A DNA stretch of 64,000 bases from an uncultured virus (IMG/VR IMGVR_UViG_3300030117_005941) (IMGVR_UViG_3300030117_005941:1-64000); one strand, 5' to 3'. Positions 32,725-43,790 are shown, counted from the stretch's first letter. The notes: generated by a model not told the origin, from the sequence alone. Made by a program: numbers and translations.

Positions 32725-33510
32725 ATGTTATCAGCAGAAAAAATCCAATCAAATTGGGATCGTTATATAAATGAAATAAAAACAAATATATCTAAAGAAA
32801 GATCGGATATATTATTACCTTTTTTAGAAAAATTTGAAGAACGAATAATGATGATGCCTGCAGCAGCTAAAAATTGGCACCATTCAGCATTTGCAGGTGG
32901 TTATGTTGATCATGTATTACGTGTATATGATTGCGCAAATGAATTATATAAAACGTGGAGTAAAATGGGAGGAGATATATCTACATATACAATTGAAGAA
33001 ATGCATTTCGTTGCTTTATTCCATGATTTAGGTAAAATGGGCCAACAAGAAGGTGAATACTATCAACCAAACGATTCACAATGGCATATTGATAAATTAG
33101 GTCAAATATATAAATTTAATACTGATATCCCTGCAATGAAAATACCAGAACGATCTTTATTTTTATTACAACAAATAGGATGTAAAGTATCTCAAAATGA
33201 ATATATTGGTATTAAAATACATGATGGTTTATATGATGAAAGTAATAAATTTTATTTTATGTCTAGTATGAAAGAGACTAAATTAAGATCACATTTACCT
33301 TTACTTATGCATCAAGCAGACCATATGGCAGCTCAAATTGAATTTGAAATATGGAATAATGCAACAGATGCTGTTCCTAAACAATCTAAACCTAAAAATG
33401 GTTCTAAGGGAGATAAAACAATAAGAAATGCTAAAAAAATAAATACTAAAAATAATCCGAATCTATCTAACGCTACTTTAGATGTTATAGATTCTTTTTT
33501 TAAAGATTAA
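32725..33510 (+). CDS. HD-domain phosphohydrolase
   Basis: HHSAFAGGYVDH, ALFHDLGK, IHDG, HQAD. Confidence 0.85.
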   Translation: MLSAEKIQSNWDRYINEIKTNISKERSDILLPFLEKFEERIMMMPAAAKNWHHSAFAGGYVDHVLRVYDCANELYKTWSKMGGDISTYTIEEMHFVALFHDLGKMGQQEGEYYQPNDSQWHIDKLGQIYKFNTDIPAMKIPERSLFLLQQIGCKVSQNEYIGIKIHDGLYDESNKFYFMSSMKETKLRSHLPLLMHQADHMAAQIEFEIWNNATDAVPKQSKPKNGSKGDKTIRNAKKINTKNNPNLSNATLDVIDSFFKD

Positions 33511-33513
33511 ATT

Positions 33514-33768
33514 ATGGGATGGACAATAGCAACAATAATACTTAGTATATTTACAACTGCAATGGGATTTTCTATTAGAAATTTACTTATTAAAAATGAA
33601 AAACTAGAAGATTTTATATCAAAACAAAGTGATGCTATAAATGCTTGCGATCAAAGATTAAAACAAATCGATAATAAAAATATATTTTATGCGGATGATG
33701 AAATAGGTTGGTTTTTTAAAGAATTAAAAAAAATTCAAGACGCATTAAATGAATTTACCCTTAAATAA
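33514..33768 (+). CDS. Small membrane-anchored coiled-coil protein
   Basis: N-terminal TM; FYADDEIGWFF motif. Confidence 0.65.
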   Translation: MGWTIATIILSIFTTAMGFSIRNLLIKNEKLEDFISKQSDAINACDQRLKQIDNKNIFYADDEIGWFFKELKKIQDALNEFTLK

Positions 33769-33771
33769 AAT

Positions 33772-34527
33772 ATGATTACTAAAACTCAAACTAAATTAGA
33801 AGTAAACTCTATCCCTCCTCCTAAAAAAAAAAGAGGAAGAAAAAGAACTAAAAAAAGATACTTTACTGAAGATACAGATGCTGCTATAAAAGAATATTTA
33901 GCATCTGAAAACCAAAAAGAAAGAGATTCAATATATAAAAATAGAATACATTATCCTTTTTATAAATTAGCTGAAAATTTAATTCATACATTCAAATTTT
34001 ATTATACAGAAGTAGATAATTTAGAAGACTTAAAACATGAAGTAATTTGTTTTTTATTAGAAAAATTAGATTACTTTAAGCCAGAAAAAGGAACTAAAGC
34101 ATTTAGTTATTTTTCAATTGTAGGAAAAAATTATCTTATATTATATAATAATAACAATTATAAAAAGAAAAAAATAACAACAGATATTATGGCTGCTGAT
34201 GAAGATGAAGGAGTTTTACATCAATTAGGTAGAGATAATAGAAAAAAAGAATTAAAAGATTTTATAGATTATTTTACAGAATATGTTGATAAACATATAT
34301 TTACCTTATTTAAAAAAGATAAAGATAGAAAAGTATGTGACGCTATTAATACTCTTTTTAAACGTAGAGAAAATTTAGAAATTTTTAATAAAAAAGCATT
34401 ATATATTTATATTCGTGAAATGACAAATGTAGATACTCCTGTTATTACTAAAGTAACTAAAATACTAAAAAAACATTACAAAAAATTATATTTAGAATAT
34501 AAATCAACAGGATATGTAAAAATTTAA
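33772..34527 (+). CDS. Phage sigma-factor-like protein (T4 gp55-like late sigma)
   Basis: KLAENLI...EDLKHEVI...FKPEKGTKAFSYFSIVGKNY resembles sigma region 2 of gp55. Confidence 0.6.
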   Translation: MITKTQTKLEVNSIPPPKKKRGRKRTKKRYFTEDTDAAIKEYLASENQKERDSIYKNRIHYPFYKLAENLIHTFKFYYTEVDNLEDLKHEVICFLLEKLDYFKPEKGTKAFSYFSIVGKNYLILYNNNNYKKKKITTDIMAADEDEGVLHQLGRDNRKKELKDFIDYFTEYVDKHIFTLFKKDKDRKVCDAINTLFKRRENLEIFNKKALYIYIREMTNVDTPVITKVTKILKKHYKKLYLEYKSTGYVKI

Positions 34528-34535
34528 TTCTTTCC

Positions 34536-34545
34536 ATATTTATAA
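34536..34545 (+). promoter_or_regulatory. Block B promoter-like motif ATATTTATAA
   Basis: Intergenic, upstream of the baseplate hub operon. Confidence 0.6.
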
Positions 34546-34559
34546 TAAAATATGAAGAT

Positions 34560-34946
34560 ATGGACTCATTAAACCAAATATTATTTGATGATAAATCATT
34601 TTCTGATTTATTAAAAGAAATTCACAAAAACCAATCTAAAAAATCAAAACAATTAGCCAGTTTAATTGCTGAATTACGCCCTCTTATTACTAATTTAGGA
34701 GATGCTACAGTAGTAGTACCCTTAATTAAAGAATATATGGAAATTAGTGTAAAAAATGATGATCAATTAATAAAAATGGCTGCTATAGTACAACGTTTAT
34801 CTACAGGTGCTTCAAGCACGGGTGATGGAGGTATGTTAACTGAAGAAGAAATGGAACAACTTCAATCAGTAGCTGAAGAAATATCTAAAACAGTAGAAAA
34901 ACCAAAACAACTAGAAAGTCCTAAAGAAGAAAATAATGAGATTTAA
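34560..34946 (+). CDS. Hypothetical helical protein
   Basis: 128-aa ORF overlapping the next gene. Confidence 0.65.
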   Translation: MDSLNQILFDDKSFSDLLKEIHKNQSKKSKQLASLIAELRPLITNLGDATVVVPLIKEYMEISVKNDDQLIKMAAIVQRLSTGASSTGDGGMLTEEEMEQLQSVAEEISKTVEKPKQLESPKEENNEI

Positions 34947-36087
34947 AGTAGTTAGAGTAATAGATATTATATTAGATGAATCCCATTCACATTATTTACG
35001 ATATGGTAAAGAAGAATCTGTAGGAACTATATTTTGGAGTCCTATAAGTAGAAGAAATCCTGTAGTAACAAATCTTGATCTTTTTCAAACAGCTAAACCT
35101 TTAAATTACAGTATATCTCATTATCCTGTACCTAATGAAATATTACATATATTAGGAGCTCCTTCTTCTACATACAATGAAAATAATAGTTTTGATTGGT
35201 ATTATATGCCTCCTATATCAATTTATAAAGACCCTTCAAGTAATGCTTACCCTACAGACATAAGAGGTGATATTGGAGAAGGTTCTGGTTTTTACGAAGG
35301 TCGTTATTTTAAATCAAATGAAAATGTAAGACCATTAAGACCATATGAAGGAGACATAATGATAGAGGGTCGTTTTGGACAGTCTATAAGATTTGGATCT
35401 ACTATAAATAATACTTTAACTGCTCATCCTAATGAATGGAGTAATGAAGGAAAAGTAGGAAACCCTATTACTATTATAAGAAATGGCCAACAAGGAAATG
35501 AAGGGTATGAAGTAGGAAATCCCGATAAAGAAACTTTTAAACATATATTAGAAAATATAAATGAGGATGATTCAAGTATATATTTATGTTCTACACAACA
35601 AATATCAAACTTTATTCCTGCTTCACTTTATAAAGAATCATATGGGGTAGAAGATTCAGGAACAAAACCTCAAGAAACTGTAATTATGCCTAATAATGAA
35701 TTTCCACCTTCTATTGAAGAAAAATTAACATCTTATACTCCTCCTATACCACCAGAAGAAATACAAAATACAAGTGAAATTAACCCAGAAATAGACCCTG
35801 AAACAGCACAATATGATATAGCCCCTACAGAACAACAAATAGTACAACCTACAGATACAGACAACTCAATTCCTCCTAATCTTATAGTCCCTGATAATAT
35901 TGACCCTAATGTATTAGCAGCTCCTATAGATAATTTATCTGTTTCTCCATTTACTATATCTGGAGATGAAAATACTCCTACTAATATTGATGATCAAATA
36001 ACAATACCAGGTTATAACCCTGATTTACCTAATGGAGGAGGTACTTTTTATGATGATGGAGAAGATTTTGATGGAGAATTAGATTAA
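34936..36087 (+). CDS. Putative baseplate hub/spike protein, gp5-like N-terminal part
   Basis: OB-like N-terminus (YPVPNEIL), GDIMIEGRFGQSIRFGS, Pro/acidic tail; baseplate context. Confidence 0.5.
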   Translation: MRFKVVRVIDIILDESHSHYLRYGKEESVGTIFWSPISRRNPVVTNLDLFQTAKPLNYSISHYPVPNEILHILGAPSSTYNENNSFDWYYMPPISIYKDPSSNAYPTDIRGDIGEGSGFYEGRYFKSNENVRPLRPYEGDIMIEGRFGQSIRFGSTINNTLTAHPNEWSNEGKVGNPITIIRNGQQGNEGYEVGNPDKETFKHILENINEDDSSIYLCSTQQISNFIPASLYKESYGVEDSGTKPQETVIMPNNEFPPSIEEKLTSYTPPIPPEEIQNTSEINPEIDPETAQYDIAPTEQQIVQPTDTDNSIPPNLIVPDNIDPNVLAAPIDNLSVSPFTISGDENTPTNIDDQITIPGYNPDLPNGGGTFYDDGEDFDGELD

Positions 36088-36098
36088 AAATATAAAAT

Positions 36099-36689
36099 AT
36101 GCCCTTTAACCTATTAAGTAATATAAAAAGCAAAAAAGCAGAACAAGAAGGAATAAATAATTTCCCTGGAGTTGATGTAGAAACAGATCCTACCTTAACT
36201 TATGATTTTATTGTTAATAATTTAATTCGTTTACATGCACAATGTATTACCCCTATAATAGAAACCTTTGGTGAAAGTAATATAGGAATTACTTCAGCAT
36301 ATAGATGTAAAGATTTAAATAAAGCAGTAAATGGAGTTGAAAATTCTCAACACATTAAAGGGTATGCTATAGACATAGTTAGTATAAATCATCCTACATC
36401 TGTAATATTTAATTGGGCAGTTCAAAATTTAACTGATTACTACCAATTAATTTGGGAATATCCAGAACAAGGACAATTTAATAATCCTAATAACTTTAAT
36501 CCATCGTGGATTCATATATCTTTAACAGATGGATTTAACCCTAAAACTAAATCTATAGCTACTAAAATAGAAAAAGTACATGAAGCATATTTAAGAAACT
36601 CAGAACTTCAAATTTCTTCTAAAACTCCTTATAGAAGTGGAGAATATACACATAATATTGCGATAGCAGATAATAATTTATTTTTATAA
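36099..36689 (+). CDS. Peptidase M15A-like peptidoglycan hydrolase
   Basis: ITSAYRC..LN..VNG..NSQH..GYAID...WIH zinc motif. Confidence 0.85.
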   Translation: MPFNLLSNIKSKKAEQEGINNFPGVDVETDPTLTYDFIVNNLIRLHAQCITPIIETFGESNIGITSAYRCKDLNKAVNGVENSQHIKGYAIDIVSINHPTSVIFNWAVQNLTDYYQLIWEYPEQGQFNNPNNFNPSWIHISLTDGFNPKTKSIATKIEKVHEAYLRNSELQISSKTPYRSGEYTHNIAIADNNLFL

Positions 36690-36691
36690 AA

Positions 36692-37162
36692 ATGACGTTT
36701 AAACCTTTACCTTTATCTACATACATAGGAAATCAAGTATTAATAAATTCAGATAGATTAATATTTAATGCTAAAAAAGATTCTATACTTTTATATTCAG
36801 ATAAAGTTATAGGATTTAGTACTAATGGAAGTTTTCACTTTGACACTAGTCCTGAAAGTGATAGTAAATTTGTTTTAAATTCACCTAATATATATTTAGG
36901 ATTAGAATATGATAATACACTCCCTACAGAACCTGCAGTTTTAGGAAATGAACTTAAAGATATTTTACGTAGAATTATAGATCAAATTATGGGGTTAATG
37001 GCAGATATAGAATTTAAAATATCATATACAGTTACTCTTCCAGGATCTCCTACAGGACCTAATCCTCTTAATTCAGGACAATTACAAGGAAGATATAGAG
37101 AACTTAGAACTATAATATCAGATTTAGATGACATTTTAAGTGAAAACACAAAACTAGTTTAA
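36692..37162 (+). CDS. Putative spike protein, gp5-like C-terminal beta-rich part
   Basis: QVLINSDRLIFNAKKDSILL...IYLG...EPAVLG; context. Confidence 0.5.
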   Translation: MTFKPLPLSTYIGNQVLINSDRLIFNAKKDSILLYSDKVIGFSTNGSFHFDTSPESDSKFVLNSPNIYLGLEYDNTLPTEPAVLGNELKDILRRIIDQIMGLMADIEFKISYTVTLPGSPTGPNPLNSGQLQGRYRELRTIISDLDDILSENTKLV

Positions 37163-38083
37163 ATGGCAACACAACAAATAAGAAATATAATTAATAGTCA
37201 AATTGATTCTAGATTAGCTAGAGCAGAAAAAGATGTACGAAATGAAGGAAAAAAAAGATTAAAAGATTTAAAGAAAAAAATTCCAACTCCTCAAGAAGTA
37301 CAAGCTAAAATGACAATTGAAATAGATAATGAAAGTTGTAGTGAAGCTGGGTATGAAGAATATATGAAAAAATATAATGAACAAATGAGTAAATTTCAAA
37401 ATTTAGAATTTATTTTAGATAGAGGATTAAACAAATTTGATGGAATTATAAATAAAGTAAAACCTATTTCAGAAGAAAAAGGTCCCATAAAAGTTATTAT
37501 GGGTGTAGTAGATTACTTATCTCCAATAATTGATATTTTAAAAATAATAATATCTTTAGCTCCTATTGCTTTATTAGCAAATTCAGGTCCTACTTCAAGT
37601 GGAGCTGTTACTGATCAAATTCAAGATAAAAGAGATAAAGCAAATGGAAAAATAAAAGAATGGGCTGCTCTCTTTGCAACTATACCTGCAATAATACTTT
37701 TATATAAAAATAAAGCTGAAAAAATTCTTTCTAAATTAGAACAAGCAAGAAATAAATTAAATTTTTTAAAAGAAAAAGTACTTTTATTAAAAGCTCTTTT
37801 AGATCACCAAAAACTTGAGTATGTTCAAAGATGCAATGATCTAAATAACCCTCAAGTTACTACAGACACTACTGTAGGTATAGATGGAGAAGAAATAAAC
37901 CCTGATATCCAAAATACAGATTTAGAAAATTATTTACAACTTCTTCAACAAAAATATAATAGCGTATATCAACAATTACAAGAATCAGGGGATACAAAAG
38001 CTCTTGAAAGAACTTATAATATTAAAGAAAATTTACAAGAATTTTACAATAGTGGGTTTAAAATTATAAATCCTCAAGATTAA
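37163..38083 (+). CDS. Hypothetical coiled-coil protein with two hydrophobic segments
   Basis: Helical; ILKIIISLAPIALLA and WAALFATIPAIILLY. Confidence 0.6.
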   Translation: MATQQIRNIINSQIDSRLARAEKDVRNEGKKRLKDLKKKIPTPQEVQAKMTIEIDNESCSEAGYEEYMKKYNEQMSKFQNLEFILDRGLNKFDGIINKVKPISEEKGPIKVIMGVVDYLSPIIDILKIIISLAPIALLANSGPTSSGAVTDQIQDKRDKANGKIKEWAALFATIPAIILLYKNKAEKILSKLEQARNKLNFLKEKVLLLKALLDHQKLEYVQRCNDLNNPQVTTDTTVGIDGEEINPDIQNTDLENYLQLLQQKYNSVYQQLQESGDTKALERTYNIKENLQEFYNSGFKIINPQD

Positions 38084-38086
38084 ATT

Positions 38087-38097
38087 ATATTTATTAA
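38087..38097 (+). promoter_or_regulatory. Block B promoter-like motif ATATTTATTAA
   Basis: Intergenic, upstream of 38115. Confidence 0.55.
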
Positions 38098-38114
38098 CAT
38101 AAACAAATAATAAC

Positions 38115-38540
38115 ATGAAAGCAAAAACTTTTGAAAATCTAATTAGAAAAGTAGTTAGAGAAGAAATTGACTATGCTCTACGTAGAGAAATTAGATCACT
38201 TAAAGAAGACTTACAAAGTGAAAATAAACCTCAAATTGTAGAACAAAAACCAGTGTTGCAAAAAGCTAACAATTTAAAACAAGAAATTTTTGCAAAAAAA
38301 CACATTAAAGCACAACAGTTTACATCAAATAATACTTTAAATGATTTACTAAATGAAACAGCTCAAGGAGACACAAATTTAGATAGAGGAACTTCTCCTG
38401 TTACAATGGAAGGAGATTTTTCTACTGTAGGAGGAGTACCTGTAGAATCAGTCCCTGAAGAAGTACAAAATGCAGTAACAAGAGATTATAGTGCTTTAAT
38501 GGAAGCAATTGATAAAAAGAAAAATAATAAAAGACCATAA
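38115..38540 (+). CDS. Hypothetical protein with putative head-targeting motif
   Basis: FENLIRKVVREEI, LLNETA, TRDYSALM. Confidence 0.6.
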   Translation: MKAKTFENLIRKVVREEIDYALRREIRSLKEDLQSENKPQIVEQKPVLQKANNLKQEIFAKKHIKAQQFTSNNTLNDLLNETAQGDTNLDRGTSPVTMEGDFSTVGGVPVESVPEEVQNAVTRDYSALMEAIDKKKNNKRP

Positions 38541-38947
38541 TGGCTATATTACAAGGAATAAAAAGAATTAGTCCTTTAGATCTTAATAAAAATGTTAGGA
38601 TAGGGGTTGCTTTTCCTTTGGATGATATTAATATGTTTCAAGGAACTGAAACTATAAAAGAACAAGTCAAAACAAATCTTATAAATGTCTTACTAACAGT
38701 TCCTGGAGAAAGAATAAACTTACCTAAATATGGTGTAGGATTAAAAAAACTTTTATTTGAAAACGAAATAAACACAGAATTACTAAAAGAAAAAATAAAT
38801 TTTCAAATAAGTAAATATGTTGAAAACATACGTGTAACTAGTGTAGATATAGGCGCAAGTGAAGATGAACATACTATATTTATAACTATAGTATATAGAG
38901 TTTTGTTAGATGGATCTTTAGATAGTATAAAATTAAACTTTTCATAA
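38540..38947 (+). CDS. Baseplate wedge protein, gp25/GPW-like
   Basis: QVKTNLINVLLT.PGER...P.YG.GL..LLFE. Confidence 0.85.
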   Translation: MAILQGIKRISPLDLNKNVRIGVAFPLDDINMFQGTETIKEQVKTNLINVLLTVPGERINLPKYGVGLKKLLFENEINTELLKEKINFQISKYVENIRVTSVDIGASEDEHTIFITIVYRVLLDGSLDSIKLNFS

Positions 38948-38949
38948 TA

Positions 38950-40845
38950 ATGGCTTATAATAAATTATTAACACAATTTCAACCTAGAGATATTAATTAT
39001 CTAAATAAGGATTTTGCTACATTTAAACAAAATTTATTAGAATTTACACGAACTTATTTTCCTGACAATTTTAATGATTTTAGTGAAGGAAATCCTGGAA
39101 TGATGTTTTTAGAAATGGCTGCTTATGTAGGAGATGTTCTTTCCTTTTATACTGATACTCAATTTCAAGAGTCTTTTCTTTTATTAGCACAAAATCAAAA
39201 TAATTTATATAATATGGCTTATGCTATGGGTTATAAACCTAGAGTTACATCAGCTGCAGCTGTTTCTTTAGATATAACTCAATTAGTTCCTGCTAAAGTA
39301 GATGAAGAAGGTGCAAGAGTCCCTGATTATGATTATGCTTTAAATATAAAACAAAGTTCTACTTTTATTTCTACTGAAGGTCCTTCTTTTTATTTAATAG
39401 ATGATTGTGATTTTACATATTCTTCTTCTTTATCTCCTGTTACAGCAAGTATATATCAGTATGACAGTGATGCTAAACCAGAATATTATATATTAAGAAA
39501 ACAAGCACAAGCTATATCTGCTAACGTAAAAAGTCAAGAATTTTCAATAGGAACAGCTCAACGATTTAAAACTATTAGCTTATTTGATACAAATATTATA
39601 TCTGTAGAAAGAGTTACAGATTCAAATGGTAATACTTGGACAGAAGTACCTTATTTAGCACAAGATACTGTATATCAAGAAGTTAATAATAATGCAGCTA
39701 ACGACCCTGAATTACATCAATATAATCATGAAACTCCTTATTTACTTAAATTAAAAGAAGTTCCTAAAAGATTTATAAGTAGAATAAAAACAGACAATAC
39801 TTTAGAAATTCAATTTGGGGCAGGAACAAGTGCTCAATCTGATGAAGAAATTATACCTAATCCAGATAATGTAGGATTAGGAATAAAAGATGGTTTATCA
39901 AAGTTAGATAAAACTTATGATCCATCAAACTTTTTATACACAAAAACTTATGGTCAAGCACCACAAAATGTAACTATAACAGTAGATTATTTAGTAGGAG
40001 GAGGTTTAAAAGCAAATGTAAATAGTAATACTATTACTGATGTAGGTGAACTTACAATTGTTTCTAAACCTAATTTACAAGTTGGAATGGCTAATTTTAT
40101 TAGATCATCTATTACTTCTACTAATGTGGAAGCAGCAAGAGGAGGAGGTAGTGGAGATTCTATAGAAGACATAAGATTAAATGTTATGGCTAACTTTTCT
40201 ACTCAAGGAAGAACAGTAACAAAAGAAGATTATATTGTTAGAACTCTTTTAATGCCTTCTCGTTTAGGAAGTATAGCTAAAGCTTACATTACTCAAGATG
40301 ATCAAATATCCCCTCTAACTACACAACCAAATAGAATTCCAAACCCATTAGCTATAAATTTATATGTTTTAGGATATAATCAAAAAGGTTTATTTACAAC
40401 AATAAATAAAGCTACTAAGACAAATTTACTTACATATTTAGAACAACATAGAACATTAACAGATGCAATTAATATTAAAAATGCTTTTATAATAAATTTT
40501 GCAATTGAATTTGAAATTACAACATTTAAAAATTATAACAATAATAGTGTATTATTAGAATGTATTACTAATTTAAGAGAATATTTTAATAATGATTCAA
40601 GACAAATTAATCAACCTATTGTAATAGCAGATGTTAAAAATTTAATAGGATCTATACGTGGTGTACAAACAGTAGAAAATGTAATATTTTCAAATAAATC
40701 AGGAGTTTATGGAGGATATTCTATTTATAGATATGATATGGAAGCAGCAACTAAAAATGGTATAATATATCCATCAATGGATCCAAGTATATTTGAATTA
40801 AAATTCCCTAACACAGACATTAAAGGTCGAGTAATAACTTATTAA
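38950..40845 (+). CDS. Baseplate wedge protein, T4 gp6/Baseplate J-like
   Basis: KDFATFKQNL...YFPD.FNDFSE...FLEMAAYVGDVLSFY.D, IQFG.G, GG...DSIEDIR, RTVTKEDY. Confidence 0.85.
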   Translation: MAYNKLLTQFQPRDINYLNKDFATFKQNLLEFTRTYFPDNFNDFSEGNPGMMFLEMAAYVGDVLSFYTDTQFQESFLLLAQNQNNLYNMAYAMGYKPRVTSAAAVSLDITQLVPAKVDEEGARVPDYDYALNIKQSSTFISTEGPSFYLIDDCDFTYSSSLSPVTASIYQYDSDAKPEYYILRKQAQAISANVKSQEFSIGTAQRFKTISLFDTNIISVERVTDSNGNTWTEVPYLAQDTVYQEVNNNAANDPELHQYNHETPYLLKLKEVPKRFISRIKTDNTLEIQFGAGTSAQSDEEIIPNPDNVGLGIKDGLSKLDKTYDPSNFLYTKTYGQAPQNVTITVDYLVGGGLKANVNSNTITDVGELTIVSKPNLQVGMANFIRSSITSTNVEAARGGGSGDSIEDIRLNVMANFSTQGRTVTKEDYIVRTLLMPSRLGSIAKAYITQDDQISPLTTQPNRIPNPLAINLYVLGYNQKGLFTTINKATKTNLLTYLEQHRTLTDAINIKNAFIINFAIEFEITTFKNYNNNSVLLECITNLREYFNNDSRQINQPIVIADVKNLIGSIRGVQTVENVIFSNKSGVYGGYSIYRYDMEAATKNGIIYPSMDPSIFELKFPNTDIKGRVITY

Positions 40846-40846
40846 T

Positions 40847-42013
40847 ATGGCATATTATTTTTTATTTCCTGAAAAAGATACAACAATCTATAGTCATCCT
40901 GATAGATCAAAAATGAATGCAGGTCATGATGAAATATTAGAAGTAGTTAAAGAAAGAGGATCAACAGATCAAAAATTTTATCCTTCAAGAATTTTAATTA
41001 AATTTAAAAATGAAGAAATTACAGATTTAATATCTGAAACCATAGGTCATTCTACTTTTAATAATAGTACTTCAAAAGTTAATCTTGAATTATTTAATGC
41101 AAATTCTAAAAATTTAAATGCAACTTTAAATTTAAATGTATTTGCTATATCTCAATCATGGGATGAAGGTACAGGTAGATATTCTAATTTACCAACAAGT
41201 TCAAATGGATGTAGTTGGATATTTAGAAATAATACAACTGTAGCTACAGAATGGTTAGGAGTAACAGCATCAAATTTTGCAACAGGTACAACAGGATCAA
41301 TCACTTCTTTATTAACTCAAGGAGGAGCTAATTGGTATACAGCTAGTGGATTTACTTCTACTCAACAATTTTTAGCAGGTGATTCTTTAGATACTGATTT
41401 TGATGTTACAGATATAGTAAAAAAACATAGTGCTAGCTTATTTAATAATAGTACTTTTCCTGTTGGGGCACCTAATAATGGATTTTTAATAAAAAAACCA
41501 GAAATAATTGAAGCAGATACAGGAAGTGCTTTTGGTGATTTACAATATTTTTCAACAGATACACACACAATATACCCACCTACATTAACATTTAAATGGG
41601 ATGATTCTATCTATAATGATTCTCTTACAGGAAGTGCTAAATATTCAGGAGATTTAAATGTTTCATTGTATAGAAATAAAGAAGAATATAATCAAAATGA
41701 TGTAGCTACTTTTAGAATTCATGTAAGAGATAAATATCCAACAAGACAATTTGCTTCAAGTTCAAATTTTTTAAATGCAGGCTACTTTACAACAGCTTCT
41801 TTTTATAGTATAAGAGATGCTCACACAGAAAGAGAAATTATTCCTTTTGATACTAATTTTACAAAATTAAGTGCTGACTCAGAAGGTATGTACTTTAAAG
41901 TATATATGAAAGGATTACAACCAGAAAGATATTATCGTATCTTATTTAAACACACTAACAATGATGGAACAGCTATTTATGATGATAAATATTATTTTAA
42001 AGTTGTTAGATAA
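40847..42013 (+). CDS. Virion structural protein (baseplate/tail region)
   Basis: EKDTTIYS...SRILIKF...WDEGTG...NNGFLIK...YPPTL; context. Confidence 0.6.
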   Translation: MAYYFLFPEKDTTIYSHPDRSKMNAGHDEILEVVKERGSTDQKFYPSRILIKFKNEEITDLISETIGHSTFNNSTSKVNLELFNANSKNLNATLNLNVFAISQSWDEGTGRYSNLPTSSNGCSWIFRNNTTVATEWLGVTASNFATGTTGSITSLLTQGGANWYTASGFTSTQQFLAGDSLDTDFDVTDIVKKHSASLFNNSTFPVGAPNNGFLIKKPEIIEADTGSAFGDLQYFSTDTHTIYPPTLTFKWDDSIYNDSLTGSAKYSGDLNVSLYRNKEEYNQNDVATFRIHVRDKYPTRQFASSSNFLNAGYFTTASFYSIRDAHTEREIIPFDTNFTKLSADSEGMYFKVYMKGLQPERYYRILFKHTNNDGTAIYDDKYYFKVVR

Positions 42014-42025
42014 TAAAAATAATTT

Positions 42026-43786
42026 ATGGCTAATAAATCTCTACGTAAAAGAATAACAAGTAATAAACACTCAAATACTGTTATAAATAAAAAATTTGAA
42101 AAACTAGCCAAATCAGGAGATCCTATAGACCCAGAAAGAATTAAAAATATGTATAATGATTCTTTCTTTAAAATAAAAAAAACAGGTAAATTATCACATA
42201 ATGAAATAATAGAACAAAGCTATAATTATGTGTTTTATAGACTTAATCAAACTTTAGACAATAGAATAGATACACTTTTATATGACCTTGATGAATGGAA
42301 TAACAAACTAACAGATAGTCAATTACCAAATATTAATGAGCATAGTGTATATGATGATGGGTCTTTTTTAATGGCAGGAGAAAGTCCAGATCAAGAACCT
42401 TATCAAGACATGTTTACTGTATGGGTAATGCAAGAAGGAAGAAAAAGACCTATTGCAGATGTTAACGTATATAATACTATTAGAAAAGCTTATGGTCTTG
42501 AAATAGGAGAAACTACAGGAATATATTATCTTACTATAGAAGAATTAAATTTAATACCTGATGGTACACCCATACATGTTTATCCTGACTTAAATTTAGA
42601 AGGAAATAGTTTAATAGCAGAAGATGTAGATTTAGAACTTACTTCTGCTTATTATGAAGCATCTTTTTATTGTGAAGGTAATGAAGTGCAAGATGTGTAT
42701 AATATTATATTAAATGATAATGGAGCATCTCAAGGTCAATTTTTTGTAAATAACGAAGGATGTCGTATAAAATTTTTAGTAGATAATGGTACAGTTGATG
42801 AAGTATTACCTGAAATTGTAGAAGTACAATTTAATAAAGGAGACCAAATAATACAAAGATTTGTTAGAGAAACTTTTAGTTTAAATAATTCAGGAATGCC
42901 TACTAATATTAGTGAACTTTATACGTTAAATTCTCCTGGAGAATTAACATATGATACTGCTTATGTTGCGGGAGCTATGGATGTAGGTGTAATGCCTATA
43001 TCTGATTATATAAGAGAATGGGGACCTATGGGAAAATTTACAGGTATAGTTTATGCTGAAGGTAGAATTAAATACAGAGAACTTAAACCTAATGAAGAGA
43101 CTGACTCACACATACTTAATGGGTTACCATCTTCTCCCTCAATGGGAAGTTATTATCAAGTTGTAAATGTAGATCAACTTAATCAAAATACACCCTTTGG
43201 TACTAATAGAATTTTTGCACCTGGGTCTAGTTTATTTGGGGGATTAAATCAAGATTCTGATCTTCAATCTAAATTTGATGATTTATCTTTTAAATACTAT
43301 TCAAAACAAGCTGTAGTAGGTAACATATATTTAGATTTATCATATCTTGGGGGATTTGTAAATTTCTTTACTGGAGATGAAATTCGTGTAAATGGAGGAA
43401 CTTTTCCTATTTATGGACAACCTATAATTAGGTATGATCAAAGGTATAATGTAATATTAGCAATAAGATCAAAAACATGGGATATTGCTAGTATTGATGT
43501 AGGTTCACAAGAATGGTTTGTTTTATATGATTTAACAGGAGGTAGAGGAGTTTATACAAGAAGAAGAAGAGACTTAAAAAATGCAGGTATAAATTTAGAT
43601 ATGGGATTTAGTGATTCAGGGCCTGATAGAATTAAATGGGAAAATGCAGATCGATCTAAAATAAAATTTATAGGATTAAAAGGGTATGGAACTGTTGGTT
43701 ATAATAATTCAGGAGTAGGAAATGATAATCCATTTAATCCTAACAATGGAGGTAGTAATTTTGAAATAAACTCATATAATAATTAA
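42026..43786 (+). CDS. Hypothetical structural protein; N-terminal part paralogous to 43791..44423
   Basis: Shared EH..Y/F..G.F.M, KRP(I/V) and G.PI motifs. Confidence 0.6.
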   Translation: MANKSLRKRITSNKHSNTVINKKFEKLAKSGDPIDPERIKNMYNDSFFKIKKTGKLSHNEIIEQSYNYVFYRLNQTLDNRIDTLLYDLDEWNNKLTDSQLPNINEHSVYDDGSFLMAGESPDQEPYQDMFTVWVMQEGRKRPIADVNVYNTIRKAYGLEIGETTGIYYLTIEELNLIPDGTPIHVYPDLNLEGNSLIAEDVDLELTSAYYEASFYCEGNEVQDVYNIILNDNGASQGQFFVNNEGCRIKFLVDNGTVDEVLPEIVEVQFNKGDQIIQRFVRETFSLNNSGMPTNISELYTLNSPGELTYDTAYVAGAMDVGVMPISDYIREWGPMGKFTGIVYAEGRIKYRELKPNEETDSHILNGLPSSPSMGSYYQVVNVDQLNQNTPFGTNRIFAPGSSLFGGLNQDSDLQSKFDDLSFKYYSKQAVVGNIYLDLSYLGGFVNFFTGDEIRVNGGTFPIYGQPIIRYDQRYNVILAIRSKTWDIASIDVGSQEWFVLYDLTGGRGVYTRRRRDLKNAGINLDMGFSDSGPDRIKWENADRSKIKFIGLKGYGTVGYNNSGVGNDNPFNPNNGGSNFEINSYNN

Positions 43787-43790
43787 TAAT

